Source: Vicinamibacteria bacterium
GTDB taxonomy: Bacteria > Acidobacteriota > Vicinamibacteria > Fen-336 > JAGNNV01
Length of the DNA: 64,000 nucleotides
Assembly (NCBI GenBank): GCA_031392925.1
Contig: JANMVV010000049.1
Coordinates: forward strand, 36,835 to 100,834
Direction of reading: 5' to 3'
Shown in pieces: positions 58,127-64,000 of this stretch (the first letter of the stretch is position 1; each line of letters starts with the position of its first letter). The translations under genes were made by a program, and so were the position numbers. The notes under the pieces are model-generated. The model was given only the letters and a program-made list of their open reading frames with translations. It did no database searches and was not told where the DNA came from.

Positions 58127-58155
58127 TTGACAGAACGCTCCTCCCCCCGTACCAT
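58127..58155 (+). promoter_or_regulatory. Sigma-70-type promoter of the CarH-like regulator, with possible operator elements
   Basis: TTGACA (58127-58132), 17-nt spacer, TACCAT (58150-58155). aaccttgacag (58123-58133) fits the nAnnTnnACAn unit reported for CarH operators. Palindrome ggggg-cgaacg-ccccc (58159-58174) lies between the -10 and the ATG. Confidence 0.5.
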
Positions 58156-58179
58156 GCCGGGGGCGAACGCCCCCTCATA

Positions 58180-59130
58180 ATGGCGAACCCCAAATCCCGA
58201 GCCCCCGCGTCCGAAGCGCCCGCCGTTTCCGAAAAGGCCTACGTGTCGATTGGCGGTCTCTCCCGCGCCACCGGCGTTCCCATCGAGACCCTTCGGACCT
58301 GGGAACTCCGCTACGGTTTTCCGAAATCGGTGCGCAAGCCTTCGGGACATCGTCAGTTCGATGTGTCGCACGTCGAGCGAATCCGCCGCGTCGCCCTCGC
58401 CCTGGAGCGGGGCCTTCGCGCGGGCGAAGTGGTGCCGGCCACGGATGTTGTGCTTGAATCCCTCCTCGCCACCGTTCCGGTGAAGCCGGTCGCGCGCCGC
58501 CAGGCTCTCCCCTTCGACACCCACTCCCTCATCGAAGCGATCCGGAGATTCGACGCTGATCGGCTGATGCGCTCGCTCTACAGCGACCTCGCGCAGGAAG
58601 ATCCGCTCGCCTACATCGAAACCCGCATCGTGCCGTGCCTTGAAGTCATCGGGGCCGCCTGGGAGGCCGGAGAACTCGACATCGCCCACGAGCACTTTGC
58701 CTCGGAGCGGATTTCGGATGTCCTGCGCGGCGCGCGTTTGCGGTTCGAGGAAACGGCCAGCGGACCGCTGGCGGTTCTCGCGACCCTGCCCGGGGAGCCG
58801 CATGGCCTCGGTGTTCAGATGGCGGCATTGGTCCTCTCCGCCCGTGGCGTGAGGGTCTTGAGCCTCGGCACCGAAGTGCCGCTTGCCGAGGTTGCCGCCC
58901 TCGCCGAAAGCACGGGCGCCCTGGCGGTCGGCATCTCCATTTCGGCTTCCACGCTCAAGCGCGCCGCTTCCGCGATCGCCGAGTTGAGATCGGAACTCAA
59001 TCGGAAGATCGAGCTCGTGGTCGGGGGCGCGGGAGCGCCCCGGGGCACCAAGGGGACGACCACGTTCTCGGATTTGCGCGAGCTCGACGCGTGGGCGCAG
59101 GAACTGATTCGCGTTCGGCGGAAGGGGTAG
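58180..59130 (+). CDS. carH: MerR-family regulator with B12-binding domain (CarH/LitR-type light-responsive repressor)
   Basis: N-terminal MerR HTH (YVSIGGLSRATGVPIETLRTWELRYGFP). Four-helix-bundle Wx9EH motif (WEAGELDIAHEH). B12-binding ExHxxG (GEPHGLG) ... ISIS ... VVGGAG. Confidence 0.8.
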   Translation: MANPKSRAPASEAPAVSEKAYVSIGGLSRATGVPIETLRTWELRYGFPKSVRKPSGHRQFDVSHVERIRRVALALERGLRAGEVVPATDVVLESLLATVPVKPVARRQALPFDTHSLIEAIRRFDADRLMRSLYSDLAQEDPLAYIETRIVPCLEVIGAAWEAGELDIAHEHFASERISDVLRGARLRFEETASGPLAVLATLPGEPHGLGVQMAALVLSARGVRVLSLGTEVPLAEVAALAESTGALAVGISISASTLKRAASAIAELRSELNRKIELVVGGAGAPRGTKGTTTFSDLRELDAWAQELIRVRRKG

Positions 59131-59186
59131 AACCCGCTTGCCCCCTGGGGGTGCGCCGGGATACCCACAGACCCTTCGGTGCCCTC

Positions 59187-60671
<1,485 letters not shown>

Positions 60672-60777
60672 CAAACCGCACCCGGTCACGAAATGCCGCG
60701 AGACGGACCGCGCTTTTAGAATCCATTGACTCTCTCCGCTCCGCGACGCTCCCTGGTCGGGGCGTCCACCCAAGTCC

Positions 60778-61590
60778 TTGACCAAGACCCAGGCCCTCCT
60801 TCCCAAGTCCGACCCGCCTCTCCGGGAAACCCGGGTGAAAGGGGCGCGCCTGACCTTCACCGACGAAGGCGCTTCGAAGGAGGTCTTCTTCGCTATTCAC
60901 GGCGTGCCCGGTTCGGTGCGTGATTTCCGCTACCTGGCCCCGCCTCTCATTTCCTTTGCCCGGCTCATCCGCGTGGACCTGCCGGGCTCCGGCGGATCGG
61001 AGCCACGGCGCGAAGCGTTGCGCAGTCTGGAGGCGCGGGCCGAGACCGTCCTGGGCCTCGCCGATGAGCTCGAGATCGGGAAGTTCGGCGTGATTGGCCA
61101 CTCCATGGGCGCGGGCACCGCACTCGTGACCGCTTCCCTGGCTCCGGAGCGCGTCTCTCATCTGGTACTGATCGCGCCCATGGGCCTGAGGCCGCACAAG
61201 GGTCTGTCCAGGTCGCGCGCGTCCTTCATGCGCATCGCCTTCATCCTGAAGGTCCCGGGCCTGCGCCATCTCGTTCTTCCGCTTGTTCGAGACCACTACA
61301 AAAAGAGGCGGTTTCCCCGGGCCGACGAGATGACGGCGGGCGAATACGCGACCCACCTCGAGTCGTTCAGCGCGGCTGACTATCCGCTCCTCAATCGCGC
61401 CGCCAGAAAGCCTCTCCCGAAAAAAACCCTCGTGATCTTCGCCGCGGACGACCACCTCGTCGAACCCCAGATTCCCATGGAGCTGGCCGAAGCGATTCCC
61501 GGAGCCCGCGCGCTCCGCTTCGAAGACGGCGGACACAGCATTCAGAAACACCAGGCCGCGGAGATCGCGCGCGCCATCCGCGAGCTGTAG
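60778..61590 (+). CDS. Alpha/beta-fold hydrolase
   Basis: 270 aa (TTG start; the exact start is uncertain). HGVPGS oxyanion region. Nucleophile elbow GHSMGAG. C-terminal His region GGHSIQ. Confidence 0.82.
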   Translation: MTKTQALLPKSDPPLRETRVKGARLTFTDEGASKEVFFAIHGVPGSVRDFRYLAPPLISFARLIRVDLPGSGGSEPRREALRSLEARAETVLGLADELEIGKFGVIGHSMGAGTALVTASLAPERVSHLVLIAPMGLRPHKGLSRSRASFMRIAFILKVPGLRHLVLPLVRDHYKKRRFPRADEMTAGEYATHLESFSAADYPLLNRAARKPLPKKTLVIFAADDHLVEPQIPMELAEAIPGARALRFEDGGHSIQKHQAAEIARAIREL

Positions 61591-61602
61591 CCGCCTCGAG
61601 CC

Positions 61603-63984
61603 CTACCCGAGCTTGCGGCAGATCGCGTCGAAGCGCTGGCGGAGCGCCTCGCCCTCGTCGCCCGTCACCGGGCCGAGCTTCTCGTAGATCGAACGAGCCT
61701 TCTCGACCTCGGCCTTGAAGTTCGACCCTCCGGGCTTGGCGCCCATGGTTCGCGAGGCCCAGGCCTCCTTCAACCGGGTGGCGAGATCCATGGAGTCGAC
61801 CTTCGCCTTGTCGTTCTCAAGCGCCTCGAGCTTCGTCACCAGCTTCTCGAGCTTCTTCCGGTTTTCGTCGACATCCATGTCCGTGCCCTTGAAGGCCTCG
61901 GAGTTCTTCGAGATGAGGCCGGCGAAAAGCGTCTTGAACTTGAGATCCTGCTCGCGGCTCGGGCGCCCGGACATCTTGCGCCAACGGGCGCGGAAGTCGG
62001 CCACTTTGTTCTTGTAGTCCTCCGAGCCCTCCGTGGCGGGTTCGGTGCCCGCGAGCGCTTCCATCTCGGCGAGGAACGAAGCACGCTCGGCCTGGAATTT
62101 CTCGTCCTCGATGGAGTCCCGGCGGCGATAACGGTCGAAGACCGAATCCACCGCCTTGTGGAACTTGTTGTAGAGCTTCTCGCGTTCGCGCATCGGAATC
62201 GGGCCGACTGCCTTCCACTCCGCCTGAAGCTTCTTCGCTTCGGTGGTGGTCTTGTCCCATTCGGTGGAGGCGGCGAGAGCCTCCGCGCGCTTCACCAGAT
62301 CCTCGAAGGCCGCGCGATTCGCGCCAAAGGACTTGTCGCGCTCCTCCATGGCCCCCTTGCGGGCAGCGAAGAACCGATCGGCCGGGGCCTTGAAACGCGG
62401 AATGAGATCCTTCTCGTGCTTGCCCGAGGAGGGAAGGGCCTTCCACTCGGTCTGCAGAGCCTTGAAGTCGTCCGCACCCCTCTTCCAGTCGGTGGACTCC
62501 GTGAGGGCCGCGATCATGGCCTCCGCCCTGACGATGAGATCTTCCTTCTTCTTCTTCGCGTCCTTCTGTTCCGCCGTCCGTTTCGCGAAGAACTCGTTCA
62601 GCCGCTTGCGCAGGGGATCGCGGAAAGAGGTGAACTTCTTCCACAACTCCTCGCCCTGGTCCTTCGGGACCTTGCGGACCTCGGCCCAGCGCGCTTCAAT
62701 ATCGCGAAGCTTGTTGGCGGCCGAGTCGGGATTCTCGATGGACGAAGCGGCCTCGATTTCCGCGATCAGGCGCTCTTGGGCGGCGAGGTGAGCGAACCCG
62801 GTCCACTCGACCGCCTCCCGCACCTCCTGGGTCTTGCCGAAGAGCCTCGGACGGACCTCCTCGAGCGCGCGGCCGATCTTCTTCCGCTCGTCACCCTGGA
62901 GCATGCCCACGAGAGGCTCCATGGTTCGAAGCTCGCGTTGCGCTTCCTCGAGCTGGGAGACTGCCACCTCCTTCTGCTGGATCAGGAACTCCAGACGGGC
63001 GGGCAGGGTGCGCAGGGATTCGAGCTCTTCGTCGCGCTTCTGCTGCGACGCGGCATCGATCTCGGCGAGGGCCTGTTCGACCTTGAGGGCCGCGGTCTCG
63101 AAGCGGAGGCGGCGCGGGTCGTCGTCGGGAACGCCCGCGTCTTTGGTGGTGTGATCCCACTCGGCGCGCAGTGCGCGGACGCGCTCCCGCTGGTTGCGAA
63201 TGATCTCCTCAGCCGCGAGCTTCTCCGCGCGCTCGGCCAGGGAATCGAGGGATGGCGAGACGGCAGCGAATCGCTCGGCGCGACCGGCCGCCGCGATCTT
63301 CCGCGAACAAAGCGCGCTGAATCGCTCGGCGGACTCGTGCCCCTGAACCCCCGAGAGAGGCGGCAGCGCGGCCCACTCGAGACGCGCCTCGACCACGGCG
63401 CCCCGGACTTCGGAGTTGGGAAGGGCCTCGACCCTGGCGAGGATCGCTTCACGCGCCTGGACCGCGGCATCAAAGTCGGCCAGCAACCGGGCCTCTTCGG
63501 CCGGATCGATCGGAGCCGCGGGCGCTTCCGCCTCCGAGGCAGGTTCGAGGTCGGAAGAAGCGTCCGCTTCTTCTTCTTCTTCTTCCTCCTCCTCCACTTT
63601 GCCGAGACGGGAGAGGGCCTCGCGGGCGACCGGCTTGAGACGGGCGCGCTCGGCCACCCGGGTCAGCGAGGCCTCGGACTCGATCTTCTCCACCGCGGCG
63701 ATTCCGGAGTCCTTGAACTCCGAATGGAGGGCGATGTCGACCAGAATGCTCTCGTCGGCGCCATTGACGCGCGAGAACGCGGCGATCCGGACATCATGCG
63801 ATCGCGCGGTCTTTGCCACGTCGGCCAGAGCTTTGGGCCCTTTGATGAAACCGACCGCCTTGGCGCCGGTCTCGCCATGCACTTCCTTGGCCACCCGAAC
63901 CAGCTCGTCGTCGGCGAGATGGGGTGCTATGTCCGCGAAGAGGGACGAGGCTTCGGGCTCGCTCGAGAGCAGAGCCTTGAACAT
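61603..63984 (-). CDS. DUF349-repeat protein
   Basis: 793 aa. Repeated about 75-aa helical units with the EW+..G..P pattern (LQAEWKAVGPIPMREREKLYNKF; LQTEWKALPSSGKHEKDLIPRF; IEARWAEVRKVPKDQGEELWKKF). Poly-Glu tract. Confidence 0.85.
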   Translation of the reverse strand: MFKALLSSEPEASSLFADIAPHLADDELVRVAKEVHGETGAKAVGFIKGPKALADVAKTARSHDVRIAAFSRVNGADESILVDIALHSEFKDSGIAAVEKIESEASLTRVAERARLKPVAREALSRLGKVEEEEEEEEEADASSDLEPASEAEAPAAPIDPAEEARLLADFDAAVQAREAILARVEALPNSEVRGAVVEARLEWAALPPLSGVQGHESAERFSALCSRKIAAAGRAERFAAVSPSLDSLAERAEKLAAEEIIRNQRERVRALRAEWDHTTKDAGVPDDDPRRLRFETAALKVEQALAEIDAASQQKRDEELESLRTLPARLEFLIQQKEVAVSQLEEAQRELRTMEPLVGMLQGDERKKIGRALEEVRPRLFGKTQEVREAVEWTGFAHLAAQERLIAEIEAASSIENPDSAANKLRDIEARWAEVRKVPKDQGEELWKKFTSFRDPLRKRLNEFFAKRTAEQKDAKKKKEDLIVRAEAMIAALTESTDWKRGADDFKALQTEWKALPSSGKHEKDLIPRFKAPADRFFAARKGAMEERDKSFGANRAAFEDLVKRAEALAASTEWDKTTTEAKKLQAEWKAVGPIPMREREKLYNKFHKAVDSVFDRYRRRDSIEDEKFQAERASFLAEMEALAGTEPATEGSEDYKNKVADFRARWRKMSGRPSREQDLKFKTLFAGLISKNSEAFKGTDMDVDENRKKLEKLVTKLEALENDKAKVDSMDLATRLKEAWASRTMGAKPGGSNFKAEVEKARSIYEKLGPVTGDEGEALRQRFDAICRKLG

Positions 63985-64000
63985 ACGGTCCTGGGCTTCC

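Overview
Replication-origin-proximal 64 kb of a visibly GC-rich diderm bacterium. LpxC, Omp85-type barrels and ExbB/ExbD/TonB are present; the taxon cannot be fixed by eye. Coding is very dense, with about 57 CDS, many joined by 1-8 nt start/stop overlaps (ATGA, TTGA, GTGA).

Gene order:
- rpmH (missed by the ORF track) <> dnaA-dnaN-gyrB-gyrA-lipoprotein, with no recF.
- Minus-strand hyp-glmU-glmS-uvrD.
- lpxC.
- tonB-exbB-exbD-exbD.
- A long minus-strand string: rplU-rpmA-obg-nadD-rsfS-(sensorless sigma-54 activator)-dksA-comF-(secreted protein)-(ECF sigma)-(STAS)-(K-tailed 124-aa protein).
- tgt-yajC-secD-secF-(TonB-like)-(TPR)-(lipoprotein)-(HEXXH/PD40/Omp85 chimeric OMP).
- HAD and a HEAT-cyclophilin lipoprotein.
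- A 13-kb plus-strand glycan cluster: three GT2, two large GT-C-like membrane proteins, SDR, DegT aminotransferase, GT4, GT9. A convergent BY-kinase follows.
- Amidohydrolase, nucleotidyltransferase, a CarH-type B12 photoreceptor regulator, a POT transporter, an alpha/beta hydrolase and a DUF349 protein.

I saw no rRNA, tRNA, CRISPR array, transposase, integrase or recognisable defence genes. The region looks like core genome.

Most interesting candidates:
1. A regulatory-domain-less sigma-54 enhancer-binding protein with altered Walker B (DE->DH) and GAFTGA (->GAFTHA). It is translationally coupled to rsfS inside the ribosome/stringent operon and followed by dksA.
2. An ECF sigma-STAS-unknown protein operon lacking any recognisable anti-sigma factor or kinase.
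3. A self-contained mini-transcription unit encoding the 15-aa peptide MAAKKAAKKAAKKKK.
4. A Tol-Pal-like envelope cluster built around a chimeric metallopeptidase-propeller-barrel OMP.

All product calls come from motif recognition by eye. No searches were run. Start codons were chosen from N-terminal motif alignment, SD sequences and overlap logic.
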